A stretch of DNA of 58,433 nt, filler included, from Sphacelaria rigidula (Eukaryota), in NCBI GenBank assembly GCA_964200075.2. It is 4 parts of 4 records of this genome, joined end to end, with 100 filler letters (N's around TTAATTAATTAA, not from the genome) between each part and the next. Parts side by side here need not be neighbours in the genome. Positions count along the whole stretch, not along the records: positions 1 to 14,535 come from CAXNAA020002200.1; 3 more parts are not named here. The stretch is one strand, 5' to 3'. Below the pieces are notes generated by a model. That model saw only the letters and a program-made list of their open reading frames with translations, had not been told where the DNA came from and did not search any database. This document shows positions 1 through 12,564 of this stretch, piece after piece. Within the stretch, counting starts at the first letter, position 1. Every line of letters starts with the position of its first letter. The position numbers and the translations under genes were made by a program.

Positions 1-310
1 GTGACGGTGGTGGTGCTGTGGTGGGGGTTCAGGTCGTTGTGTAAAAATTATGTCCTGTAGAAGCATGTGTTTTTGAAGTTCGCGTAGTGCGCGGGGTTCT
101 ACCTCCCAGTATGCAATACCTGTGCCACCAATAATATTGTAGAGTGGTTCACAAGGAAATATGCGCGGCACCAATTGATTAATCAATAGATCGATTAATT
201 GATTGACTTTCACAAGTTTACGGATCTACTATCAACATGATCAGCGTATTTAAGGCGACTTAACAAACACATTCATTGAGGAAACTCGAGAAAGGGGTAA
301 GATAGGGGGG

Positions 311-794
311 TGTACTCATGATCTTGTATGTCGTAGTCATAAGACCATCGACCTCGCATCCCTACAAAGCCGGGACGAAGCACGCCGGGTTTTCGCCGGA
401 CCGCTCGCACTCAAACCACCAAGCGCGAAGCGCCGTGCTGTGCTCGGCGAGTCGGATGAAGGGTGAGCTGCATCCTGCTAAGATTGTTCGGCCCGCAGCG
501 TACAGATCATCTTACGTATGGATGACAGCCTCCAATGAGTTGCTTTATTCTGTGGTATCGCCACTTCCAGAGACAGCCATGGGTTATACTGCCTCATAAG
601 TATCTCACCATATAAACACTATCTAGTATGATCATCCTCTGTGCGTGGAGTTCGGGTTCTCCACCTCGCACAATATGATCTAGCTCGACCACCATCATGG
701 TAACCAAATATGAAACGGAAGCGCGCAAAAAGACTGGCCGCATAGCTTGCGCAGTGAGGGGCGTGTTTCACAGCGTCGCTACCAACCGACGCCA
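311..794 (-). mobile_element. Unclassified repeat family A, long copy (strand inferred)
   Basis: Begins G-run + tgtactcatg and contains ccctacaaagccgggacg.agcacgccgggttttcgccggacc and aagcgcgaagcgccgtg. Collinear with nine other copies in the window. Confidence 0.85.
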
Positions 795-814
795 GTGCTA
801 CGGGGCGGGGGGAG

Positions 815-938
815 TGTACTCATGACCTTACATGCCGAAGTCATATGACCATTGACCACGCATCCCTACAAATCCGGGACGGGGCACGCCGGGTTTTGCC
901 GGACCAGGCTCACCATCAATCCTCAAGCGCGCAGCGTT
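815..938 (-). mobile_element. Family A, short truncated copy in tandem with the previous one
   Basis: Same tgtactcatg start after a G-tract; ends at ~938 followed by a G-tract. Confidence 0.85.
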
Positions 939-2361
939 CCAGGGGGGATGGGGGAGGGGGGAGCAAATGCTGTAAACCTCAAAATAAAAGGGCAGAGAAG
1001 AGGGGATGAGAATGAAGGAAATGGACATACATGAAGAAGAGGATCTTTCGGCTAATATTCAACACCAATTCCGAGAAAAACACTAGAGTCGTGCAATGTT
1101 GGAGGCGGGATGGGGGGAGCGAAAGAGCATTGGGTCACTCCTTCATCTGTAAACCTGACCAGGTGCGAAAAGTACGGCCATTTTTCTGTCACCCGGGAAG
1201 CGATTCGTCGACACCTGTCAAATCATTTGCCGGTAGATTTGGAGGGGCGGATGGTCGGGGGGGCGAGGGGGGAGGGGGTAACGAAGCGTTTTACAATGAA
1301 CTGTGACGATTTATAGGCAATCGATTAGACTACCGTACAGTCAGCGAATCGTCACAAACGTTAGTTGCTGGTTCGATCCCCGTCGGACGTACTCTTTTCG
1401 AAGAAAAGAGGGAAAAATCGTCACAGAACGGAATAAATACAGAGAATAGTTGCTCCTCTCCAGCCGTTGCAACTTTGCCGACGTCACTCCTCGAGATGAC
1501 TAGCAAAAAGTGAAAATAACGGGGGGAGGGGGGGACAATACGTCTCGACACGACAGGTTGCGGAAACTATTTGGTGTTGTCTTTTCTTAGAAGGGCTGCT
1601 AATTCCCCTCATCGCCCGTACTGTTATCGTATTCGTGGCACTCCTTGGATGCTGTACCTACCGAGTTACCACAAAGACTGAACTGTTCAAGATATAACGG
1701 GGGAAGATAGAGCATCCCCCATCGGTATCGTTTCCCGGCAAATAACGCATTTTTCTGCTGGTTTTCCTTTCTTGTTCATGTTGAACCCGAGTACCATCCA
1801 GCGAGGCTTTCCGTGTGTTTGTATTTGTGGATACCCATATTGTGATCACGACTATTTTCGTAGAGAAGGATTCATTGCCAGACGACCAGTCGAAATATCA
1901 GTTATTGGACGAATCAATCAACACAGACAAGATCCTTCCTGTGTTAAAACTATCCTGCTCCCACCCTCCTTTCTCTCACGTGCATTGAGTATTTGTGGAT
2001 CCCCGCCGCCCTTAGCTGCTTTTCCCCCAGAAAACCATGGTCCAGTCGCTAACTCGCGTTTCCTCCTTTCGTCCTGAACTGTGCCTGGATATCGTGAGGG
2101 CGTGCCTTGCTCCTCCCGGGCGCGATCATGATTTTTTTCCCGGACAGGAGACGACACGATTTCCACCTCTCTCGCTACACTATCCAGGAAGCACCCGAAG
2201 GAAACAGCGAGAACGTTGAAGATTGTCTCCGACAGCGTAAAACCCGCTAGCACAGCGATTTCATCGAGAGCACCTGGGGCGTGCACCGATCGGGGGCGGG
2301 GGCGGGGGAAGACCACGGAGATATTGATCCACCGACAGGGTGTCGACGGACAAAGGGAGGG

Positions 2362-2627
2362 TGTACTCATGGTCTTGCATGCCGTAGTCATTTGGCCGTT
2401 GACCTCGTACCCCTACAAAGCTGGCACGGAGTACGCCGGGTTTCCGCCGAACCAGGGGCGCAATCAATTACCGAGCGCGAGTCGCTGTGATGTGTTCGGC
2501 GAGTCGCATGAAGGGTAAGCTGCATCCTGCCAAGGTTGTTCGGCCCAAAGCGCACAATGCGTCTTGCATATGGATGTCAGCCTACAATAGGTTGCTTCAT
2601 TTTCGGTAACGCCACTTTCAGAGACAG
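2362..2627 (-). mobile_element. Family A, truncated copy
   Basis: Runs from gggaggg|tgtactcatg to gccactttcagagacag|ggg. Confidence 0.85.
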
Positions 2628-2859
2628 GGGGCATGAGAGGGACGCGGACATATTTCAAGCAAACCCAACTCAAACCATTTGTTTGGAATGCGTTTGACAG
2701 AAAACAACATTGATAGTTGACAATTTGTTTCCTCGCGACAATCCAGTATCACGGAATGCATGGTCTACGTAGGATGAATTGCTCATCTATGTCGTAATAT
2801 CAGGCTTCCGATGTGTTTCCTTTTCGAATCTTTGCAATGAACTAAGGATGGGGAGGGTC

Positions 2860-3170
2860 GCGCCTCGGTGGTGTAGTGGTTCGACTGCCACCATCAGGGT
2901 GGAGATGGTGTAGGTTCAATCCTTCATGCGTTGGGCTTTTTCTCCGAAGTATTTGATTCTCACCGTCAAAAGCGTGCGTACTTTAGTAAAAACAGAATAG
3001 TCCACCGAGTTTTGCTTGACGAGAGTTGACACGGTGCGGGAGTGCTGATAGTCATGATCCACGAGACCAAAGTGCAGGGCGTGTACCGGGGAGAGATGGG
3101 TTGATGATCCCTTGAGACAACAGGTTCATCCCGGGGAAGGAGAGGGGTTCCAAGAACGACAAAAATGAAA
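2860..3170 (+). mobile_element. tRNA-derived SINE, family 1
   Basis: A-box tggtgtagtgg, B-box ggttcaatcc, a ~230-bp body and an A-rich end. A collinear reverse copy lies at 24934-25260. Confidence 0.8.
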
Positions 3171-4219
3171 GACACAGGCGGGCACCGGCGTATCAACCGG
3201 GGGAATCCGAGAAGCATTAATAATAATGCATCTTTTGACGGCAGTATCTTAGAGTCGGCGTTGAAACAAACACCACGAAAAATCCAGGATGCTCTACGAA
3301 ATACTGCAAGAAAATGTTGCTGCTGTGAGAGATGCTGCTCTCGAGTGCTTTCATGTTAAGCTGCGTTGAGATCCCTGGCGCATATTCCACAAAACATCTA
3401 AAAAATGTACGCCGATCTACAACAGCCGAAACACCGAAATCCCCGGCCCCCTTTGCTGTACCACCCCGTAGTAGTACGTTGGCCAGAAGCGACCGGCGTT
3501 TTAACTACCAAGGCCCGGGACTTTCTCAAGAAATTTCACGTTATTCCGAACGTTGGGCATCAATAATTCCGAAGGCTGTCCTCGGTACTTCAACTGCGCC
3601 CAAATCGGATATCATCCATGGTTTCGCGCAAATGTGCAAAATTCAGCAAGCATAAACGACGGTACGGGTATGTTCTTGACTGTTTCGTACGGTTTCCTCA
3701 CCTGAAGCCCTGCGGCAGGGGCCTGTCGTCGTTCTATCTCCGCAGGAACGGTGATAGATATGAGGCAATCATTACTTTTTGTTTCTCCTTCCCCTTCGTC
3801 CTTCCCTTCCTGTTCATATCGTATATTCTCTCTTCTCCTTCTCTTCTCCAGATTGCCTCATTTGTTTTCCACATTCAATCTCGTTTTTCCTCATTGTCGG
3901 ATTTCCTTCCTTAAGCAAGTGTTTCCGTGTTTTTTCTTTGAGTATGCCCATCTTGTGACCAAGGGTGGGGTACAAGCGGATCAACTACTGTTTGATAGGT
4001 CAATCGACTCAAGACTAATGCCGGGACAGCCCCCCTACAGAAGGCGCACCGGAGACCGTCCGACAAACCGACTGCGATCTCACTATTGGGCTTGTTTGCA
4101 GCAATTTCGCCCACATGGGAGGCGTGTAGCAGTTCGAAATCAGCTATAACGCCTACAAAAGTCGCGTCGTGCAACACGAAACCAGCTCTAACGGCATTTA
4201 TGATCATCGCCCCCGTGCA

Positions 4220-7200
4220 CTATATCGGCAGCAGGTTCAAGTTGATGCTGTGCGAGTTGGCCCGGTACTCTGCACTCATCTTCTGGTGCTCTGAGTTCGC
4301 CGAAGGTCGACCTCACATCAACAAGACGCGCCGCGTAAAGTACACGTTGCGGAGTTGTGGAAGTACATATTGTCGAGAATTTTTTGTTAACAGGATCGAT
4401 CACGTGATGGCAGTGCAAAGCTTTAGGTCATACGGACAATGAAGAAGGGCCTCTGATCGCCGTGGGTAATACACTCCGTATCGTGCTGTAAGCTGTGTCG
4501 GGGATCTGGATCATCGAGTCGTTTTGGGGAGCAGCTTTTGTTTCGATTTTCCCACATGTAGCTGGAAGACCTTGTCCCCTCAATCGGTACGTGTCTTCTC
4601 TCCACATTTTTGCAGGACTCACCTTCATTGATCTCGTGGAATGGGTAGTGATGGGCCACGAAGTACGGGAGGAGGTCTTGCGAAGGGCTGTCACGGACGT
4701 TAATCGACCGACCCAGGTCAAGCAGCACGCTCCGGATGCCTTCGTCTAGCCTTCCCGTGGCCTCTTCGAACGATGGACGCCGTCGTCATGCAAATCGTGC
4801 TGTTAGTAGACAATGGTCTCATGGAAGTGCTGCTACTGCTCATTGGCTAACGACATTGTGATGCTGCTCCGTCGTTTCACGAGGACTGTGTCATCAGAGT
4901 ACTACCTGCGTATTGCATGATAACATCGTGTTAATATTGCTCGTTTTACACGGTAAGATCATGCCAACGCTGGGAGCGCTGAAATACTAACGCCTCGGGA
5001 ATGCTGAGGCAATCGATCGCTGACATTGCGGTGCATCTACAACGTTGCAACGATGAAGTTATGACAACGTCGGGATACAAAATGGAGACGTCACATGGAT
5101 TTCGATGGCAAGTGATCTGGAATGCGCTTCGATGCTCAACGGGTTCCCGAGATCGTTTGTACTATCTTGACTATTGAAACTGCCAACGAAGCCCAAGTCC
5201 CACCCAGTTAATTGCATCGGTGAATCGATTTTCAGCACAAACGTTTCGGCATCCACGTCGGCTTCGGAGCTAATATGGCGGACAGGGGTGGGGGGGGGGG
5301 GTGTACTCATGGTCTTGCATGCTGTAGTCATATGACCATTGGCCGCGCATCCTTACAAAACCGGTACGGAGCACGCCGGGGTTTCGCCGGACCAGGCTCG
5401 CAATCAATCACCAAGCGCGAAGCGCCGTGGGGTGTTCGGCGAATCGTATGGAGGGTGAGCTGCCTCCTGCTAAGATTTTGTTCAACCCGAAGCGTACTGA
5501 TGGTCCATCTTGCATTTTGGGGGGGAGGGGAGAGAGATGTTGACAACAAGCCGCCGCGCCTCGGTGATTGTATTTGCACAACGGTAGCAAGTCGGGGCGG
5601 ACGATTGCGGGCCCCGAGTCGGGAAGATACGATCTTCCTGACCAGGATCTGGTTTCCGTCATTGAAAGCGTGGGGATACAAAGAGTATATGAAGTTCGAC
5701 ACGTCATCCTTCCGGACTGGGGAGTCGTCCATAGGGAGGGAGGGGGATTGACAATGTGCGGAAGAAAATACGATATAACGGATACTGTTTGTTCGGGCGC
5801 TCCAAGGTTTGTGGCTCACCTGCGAGTGTAAGCATGGGCGTGGGTGTCCAGGGCAGCGTCTCCAGCGGGGGGAACATTTCGGCACACGCGTTGCGGTACC
5901 AGCGGTACACTGCTGCTGAACAAGCTCGGCCGTCGAACATCAAATCTGCCCCGCCCAGCAACTGACAAGTCAGTTTGTGCGGGTGCAGCGTGGAGCACAC
6001 CCCGCCTTCCTTGTAGCGGACGATTACCACGGGAAACTCGAAAAAGCCGAAGGGTATTCCCGCCTGCCGCATGCTCAGATGCATCAAAACCTCCGTTTGT
6101 GCTGGAATCCCAGCGTCTGATTGAGCGCTCAGGACGTGGCAGGAATAGCACAGCCTGCGACGCGGATGCCATCGATCGCCCAAGCGCATGCTTCAACGAC
6201 TTGCTTGAAGAGTAGGGGGTTTCGCTCATGATATTGTATACCGTAGTCATATGACCATTGGCCTCGCATCCCTACAAGCCGAGGTGGAGCACGCCGGATT
6301 TCCGCCTTACCAGGCTCGCAATCAACCACCAAGTGCGAAGCGCCGTGAGGTGTTCGGCGAGTCGCATAAGGGATTACTGGTGTCGTAATAACATTGTTCG
6401 GCCCGAAGAGTACTGATTATTTTGCATGCGGATCTCAGCCTCAAATGAGATGCATCGTATTCTGGTGTCACCACTTCCAGACATATCCACGGGTTACACG
6501 GCCTCGTGGGTGTTTCATCTTTCGAACACTACGCAGTACAATCATCTCCCTTTGCGTGGAATTGAGGTTCTTTACACCTCACAGTAAGATTTTATTCGGC
6601 CACCAACATGGTTAACGCAAAACAGACGAAAGTAGAAGAAAAAAAAAGAGTAAACGGGTTGCATTGGTTACGCCGTGAGTAGCGTGTTATGCAGCGTCGT
6701 TGCCAACCAACGCCAACCGTTAGAAGGGTGAAGAGTAGGAGGGGGGAGGGATGTTTTTGAAGATATTCCAAGCGCGAGAAAAATATCGCCAAGATCCTTC
6801 GGCAGTAGACAATAGAAATCGACTACTAGGAGGCGTCTTTATGTCCCAGACTCACGTCCCATTTCATTGCCTCATCCAAGCTGTTTATGACGTACATCCA
6901 ATTTACACGCCTTAGAATCGGACCGATATTTCAGCCCGAATTTCCGGGTTCTCTTCGTCACCTGACCCGAACCTCCCGCGTGAGTATTTCACTGATTGTT
7001 TTTCTTACCAGCGAGCTGCTACTGTGCACTGATATAAATGGCATCAGCAATGAAGCAACGGGAGAGATGAAGGGGAGATGGAGAAGTTGTTCCAGAGGGG
7101 GAGAAATGGGTGATTTCCGAATGTTACAGGCACGGTTCGAACAAAACAATTCGCCATTGTTTTGTTCGGGATAACACTTCGTGTTCAGCTGCGTGGTGCA

Positions 7201-10200
7201 TCAGACAGCTGCTGAGATCCCGTGCAGCGATTCCAAGCGCGACGGTGTCGCGGGAGGGAAGAGCACCCTATTGATGTTCATACTACACGTTCGGATGCAT
7301 CAAGCATAGTATCCGGTAGCTCCCCCTTTCCGCCCCCTCATTCTGCTCCGTCTCGAAAGGGATTTATGGTCAATGGTCAAAAGACTAAGGCGAGCGATAA
7401 ACGAGTACGCCCCCCCCACCCCCTCCTTCAAGGTAGCAGGGTATAAATATAAGCGAACTATTTGCGTATTGATGAGACTAATGATCGACCACTTTTCGTG
7501 CAGATCTGGCGGATTCCCTAAGCGATCATTACGTTCTAAACCTAAAGCCCCATATATCAGGAAAATTGCATGCAAAACACAACCGCATCTTGAAAACCAG
7601 CGTTTTGCCGCTCTATTCTTCCCACGCCGAACAAATTGATGTGATTCATCCTTGTTCAAGTGCACTACCGTTCTGAGGACTCGCCTGACTACACCGAAAA
7701 TCGTGTCGGCAAATTGGCGCGGTATCAGCAGAAACTGATCGGCCAGAGGGAAGAAGTTGTGGCCAGCGTAGACGCGAGTTGGCGGGAAGCGACTCAGGTG
7801 CGGCATCGGCGATATCCAGCCGATATCCGGTCGAGAGCGGATCACCCACGAATATCTGCGTTGTTCAATTTCGACGGACCGGGTCGAATGCAGTGTCGTT
7901 GAAGGCGATAAGTGAACGTGCAAGACCTTGACTGTGGGGGTCAGTCGCGGAAGCCTGCGATGCGTGTGCATTTATACATCGCAATAATCTGACGTCGTAG
8001 ATCAACAAGGTACGGGAAGATAGGGTACAGGGCATCAACGCAACCACAAGTGACCCCAGACATGAAATTGCGAGTAACGTTCTAGAAGCACAAATTCGTG
8101 GTTCACTCAGAGATCAAGAAGCACTGGATTTCCGTAGCTAGCCACGCAAAAACAAAATCTACTCGGCAGAGGGTGGGAGACAACCCCAGGGCCCCGGTAA
8201 GCACCAGTAAAGGCAGAGGTAAACTCCGGGCTCCACTAGAATGCTTGGCAGAGCGCAGTATGTGCTGTAGCTTTGCGTAAGAGACTGCCGAACTTAGGGG
8301 GTATATATACCTATTACCCGACACAATGTATATATATACACACGGAGACAAGTGGCCTGAACACGAAAATACGTGGTGGATGTCGTATGAGTTGTGGCGT
8401 TTTCCCAGGGCAGCAAAACTTCGCTGACAACGAGGCCTTCTCGTGAAAATAAGGGAACACTATACTACAGCAGTAGAGTAGCTCCCAATGAGAGAAGACC
8501 GGGTGAATGCTGGACGTGAAACTATGATCTCCACCACTCCATTGTTCGACTGCGAAGCCAGATCGAAGCAGTCTCGACTTCATTTCGATGCGTCCGATAC
8601 GCCCGCCTGCAGTTAAAGTCCTAAAATATCATTCATAATGGAAGGGTTGAGTCTCTGCATGCTTTCACCGACCGTATTGATGTCGTGGCTTCATGCTTCT
8701 CCATCATACGGAACACCGCCTTCATTTTGTACAGTTGGCCGAACGTGTTTGGATGGCACCCTGGAGCCTCGCAGAGATTTGGGATGAACCCTGCCTGTTC
8801 CTTCACCACTCTCGCAGTAGATGTAGGCACAGTAATCCATGTGAGGGGGGAGCAGCAGCGCCGGGAGAAGGGCAAAATTAATGGTACAGAGATTGTGCTA
8901 CATTTCGTTATTCCGAGGGACCGAGGAACCGAAATACTCGGTGCCAAAGCGTTCCCCAAACCACGCGCGCAACCTGTCTGGAGTCCAGTGCGTTACGCGG
9001 AGTGTACCTAGGGTGGATACCGTGTGGTGCCCGAAGGCGTGCGCACCGATGAACAATGTGCATTGGTCATTTTGGATATATTTATTCCACTACGATACTA
9101 AAATTAAGCGTCTGTATTCCAAACTTCGGGTTGTTGCTGTTCCCGGGAATGAATGATCATGAGGGCTGTTCTTAGCGACAGGATGTTGGGGAGAAAGCGG
9201 ACAAACGGGCGAAAAAAACGCCAAAAATTGCCGGCAACCGACACATGCCCGCTGAGGAACGGGTGAGGAGCATTGACGGAAACTGGAACGTTTCGCCGCA
9301 AACACCGGGGAAATCGCTCCCGCGCCGACCGCCACTTCCATACGTCCCTAACAGCTACAGGAGGAAGCCGGTAGCGTGCGGACATCGCAGGGACGCTATT
9401 TCGAGCGCTACGCGGCGTATTGGACGGATGCGATCTTGACTTACTGATGTCTGCGCGAGCGATGTACTGTTTGATCTGATTTTGGAGCTGGTCCAACCAT
9501 GATGTGACCGTTGTCGAAATTGGACAATCGTACAGTACGGACGCAGGTATAAGTGGGGACAAGGCGGCGGCAGCACTTTGCGAAATTGTATGCCGTGAGC
9601 GGTCGTGACTTGATCAACACAACACCAAGGAGTACTATAGCTCACATTTATGTTCGTGGGCCACATGGTGAACTATTTTCGGGAATCGATGTCGAAGATA
9701 TCGACGCTTTGAAAGTAACTTCATCGTTGACCTTTGTTAGTTGTTTTTGATATGTACGTGTCGACGGCAGCACAGTTGTAGAACCATGAATACAGCCGGT
9801 CCGACGACACGCCTATTGACGCACATTGTCACTACAGAGCACCTCGTTGGGAGGTAGGTATGCGAGTACCCCTCTCCCAGACAATATCGTCGACACATTT
9901 GCGGTGTTGACTACACCTCGTTGGGACATGGGTATGCGGGTCCCCTTCTCCTAGACAATATCATGACACGTGTGCGGTGTTGACTTTACCTCGTTGGTAG
10001 GTGGGTATGCGAGTACCCTTTTCCTCATATAGTCGACACATCTGCGGTGGTGACTTGCGGATCAAGTTTGAAAACGTCGGGGGGGCACTGCAGGAGACAC
10101 AACGGTATGACCCTTGTTTGATACGGCAGTGAAACGCTGCGGGTATGCCTTTTCCCCACGCACGCAGCATCGGGCCACCTCATGGTGCCATCTTCCGGCC

Positions 10201-12564
10201 GGCTACTTCATGAGTTCTCATGGTGCAAGACATGACCCAGCTAGACTATGCTCTGGAATCAAGTGTTCTATTCTGAAGGCCGGCGATAGTCAAATATACT
10301 GACCGAGATATCCGTTACGTGCTGTGTACGAAGAAAACCACTGCCCTTGCCGGCGGAATTTCGCCGCTCACTGCCTCCGGAAATTGACCGCCCTTGAGCG
10401 CGAAAAAAGGTGTCGCGGAGAAAAGCCCTTACCTCGGAACAAAGTAACGAAGAGAATTCGGGGTGAGCTGTACGCCCTGTCTATGCCACCCGACTAGACG
10501 CCTTTTGAGCTTAGCAAGAAATCTTGATCGTGTTTTAGAAGTTGTGTGACTAATAGTTCCATGTATTTCCGGCCTCATTCGGGAGCGAACAAGGTGCTCG
10601 AAACAAGGTGGACGCACTTACCTCACCCGCATATCATACGGCAGGGATGTAATGTTCTGTTGCCTTCCGTGTGTATGCCTTCACATCAAATATTCTGCGA
10701 CATGTTAATGACTGACGAAAATCACATACGAAATACATCCATGTACACACCTCCTGGTGGCTTGCTCATATTCGAGTAACTGTGCGGGAGTTATTCTACA
10801 TGTGGCAACTTATCCCATACGCGGAGAATCACATGATGATATAATAGCAACAATACCCACTGAATCTACCAATTTTACCGAAAACAGCTTTAGTAGACTT
10901 GTAGATATGATCTAGACGACCTTCGTAAGGCGTGAGCTTGGCCGAGTCACTGTAGTATGTATTATACTATGCCGCAGGATGTTTTCCGCTCACCGACTCA
11001 TATTACCTGATGAAGCACCACCTCAACGGGCTTGAAGAGCTTCACTGCTTCGTGTATCTCGAACTGCTCGGGTGTGTAAGACTCGAAGGCCAGCTTGTCA
11101 GCGAACTTGCCCATGCCTCGCCGCGTTGTTACCTCGTCCTCCACTTGAGAGTCGTTCAACGGTAGAGCATAGTATGGGCATGAGGTGGGCATTTTGTCAG
11201 TAGCTCCAAAGAATTTCACACTTTGGGCTGGCAGTGGAGCGCCCCCAGTATAGTTTACAAAACTACTCCCTCTTCTGGAAACGTGGCGATACGTGCGGGA
11301 TGGTACGGGCACGTGAAAGAAGGTATTGTGGCAAGTAGGGTACTGCCCATCCCCCAGCCGTACATGACGAAGCCTGGTTAACACCGAACATGTCTATGAT
11401 GTGTGACAGTCTCCAGAACTGTGGTTTGACGCACAGCCGAAAGTCGTTCCTCCCTTAGAAAAATCCCCATGACACTCATTTCCATGAGAGAATTGCGACT
11501 TTCGAGAGAAGAAAGAGGGTACAGTTTTCCTTGCTTGAAACTACTCCAGTCCAGCGCTTGCATGATCTTCCGATAAATAGATGCGTACGTAAGGGTCTGG
11601 CTCGCACTCTACCGTGACTTTGCCCGCGAGATCATGATTCGAACCCTGGTTTGTTCCATTAGTCCCATACCTATCCCTTACCCTGTAATGAAAACTCGTG
11701 ACCTGTGGCTGTTTTTCACCGTCATTTGGAACTCTGAAGAGTCTTCGCTGATGGCATTCCATCCCATCGTTCAATGTGATATTGGTGGGAGCAACAGGGA
11801 GCAAGTAGGTTAGTCGACACGAAGATTGAAGAGTGTTACATGGAAGAAAATCTTGTACTTCGTATAATCTTAACGACATATCGGGACACGGTTTGGCACG
11901 CCATGTCTCGACACATGCGAAGTATGGTGCTAAGCACTGAGGGACGCTTGCCGTTGGAAAGGCGCTTGAGGATACCAACCTCACTCATTGCCGTGTTACC
12001 ATGCACGATTCAGTAGAGCTGTACAATTACTGATGGAAAAAAACGCGTTCGAAATGTGTCCACACCCCGGCGCACGATCGCAACTGAATTTCGAGGTATC
12101 GGATGAGTCACGTGCGCCCCGAATAACCTTGGTTCGAACTGTAAGATGACTATATTACCTGCAAGATACATGAACACATCCACATCGCACTCCTCCTCCA
12201 GCGGGTGGATGAGGTTCTGTAAATGGGTGTGATGAACTCTTGGGTGCGCAAAGCTGCGCACGTGCCCAGAGTAGAGCAATGCGACGCGACAGTCGCCGCT
12301 GCCGTTCCCGCTAGTTTCCATGACCACGTCGTCATGCTGTCTGCTGTTGTTGTTGCCGCTGCTGTAGTCGCCTCTTTCAGCTGTCGTTGCACTCGTCGCG
12401 CTTGCTGTGGTTGAGGTATGTATATGGTAAAGGAATCTAAGCATAAGCAATAATGTCGAGAGCTGTGCGGCATGAAGTGCACCAGTAAGGTAGGAAGGCC
12501 ACCACCGGATATCGTAGCTGCGTCCTTGGGTTGCGGGGTCCCATATACAGGCGGTTAATGGCAC
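4220..12564 (-). CDS. Multi-exon putative glycosyltransferase-like protein; 5' end uncertain
   Basis: Phase-consistent exons: ?-12159, 11227-11007, 8794-8673, 7855-7685, 6154-5820, 4763-4623, 4290-4220 (TAG). The spliced protein reads RVALLYSGHVRSF..NLIHPL..DVDVFMY / LFKPVEVVLH / FGQLYKMKAVF / YSWVIRSRPDI..LADQF / TEVLMHL..FPVVIVR. This motif order matches an uncharacterised GT-like family I recall from algae, giant viruses and phages. Function is inferred. Confidence 0.75.
5302..5520 (-). mobile_element. Family A, truncated intronic copy
   Basis: Runs from a 12-G run + tgtactcatg to atcttgcattttgg, followed by a G-tract. Confidence 0.85.
6220..6718 (-). mobile_element. Family A, long intronic copy with TSD
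   Basis: Flanked by the direct repeat tgaagagtagg (6206-6216 and 6729-6739). Confidence 0.85.
7344..7410 (+). repeat. Family B short fragment, related to the fixed end of family A
   Basis: tgctccgtctcgaaagggat..tggtcaatggtcaaa..gagtacg followed by a C-run. A second copy lies at ~18045-18116. The reverse complement resembles the family A terminus. Confidence 0.7.
9841..10057. repeat. Intronic tandem repeat, 3 x ~73 bp
   Basis: acctcgttgg..ggtatgcg.gt.ccc..gacac..tgcggtg.tgact starts at 9841, 9915 and 9988. Confidence 0.85.

Noticed and set aside
1330-1410. tRNA-like fragment with B-box ggttcgatccc
   Set aside because: There is no convincing A-box or acceptor stem and no second copy. It may be a decayed SINE but is unsupported.
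2860-2935. Functional tRNA genes at the SINE heads (also ~21500, ~25260, ~28680)
   Set aside because: The cloverleaf is broken and each head is attached to a shared repeat body.
4423-4728. DLLPYFVAHHYPFHEINE as a hAT transposase remnant
   Set aside because: It is bounded by good splice sites and joins in phase to the glycosyltransferase-like gene; no other transposase motifs are present.
4765-4800. In-frame TGA upstream of the 4763 exon as selenocysteine
   Set aside because: A TACTAAC branch point and an in-phase AG acceptor at 4764 place the TGA in the intron.
9841-10057. CRISPR-like array
   Set aside because: The whole units are homologous with no unique spacers, there are no cas genes, and the context is a eukaryotic intron.
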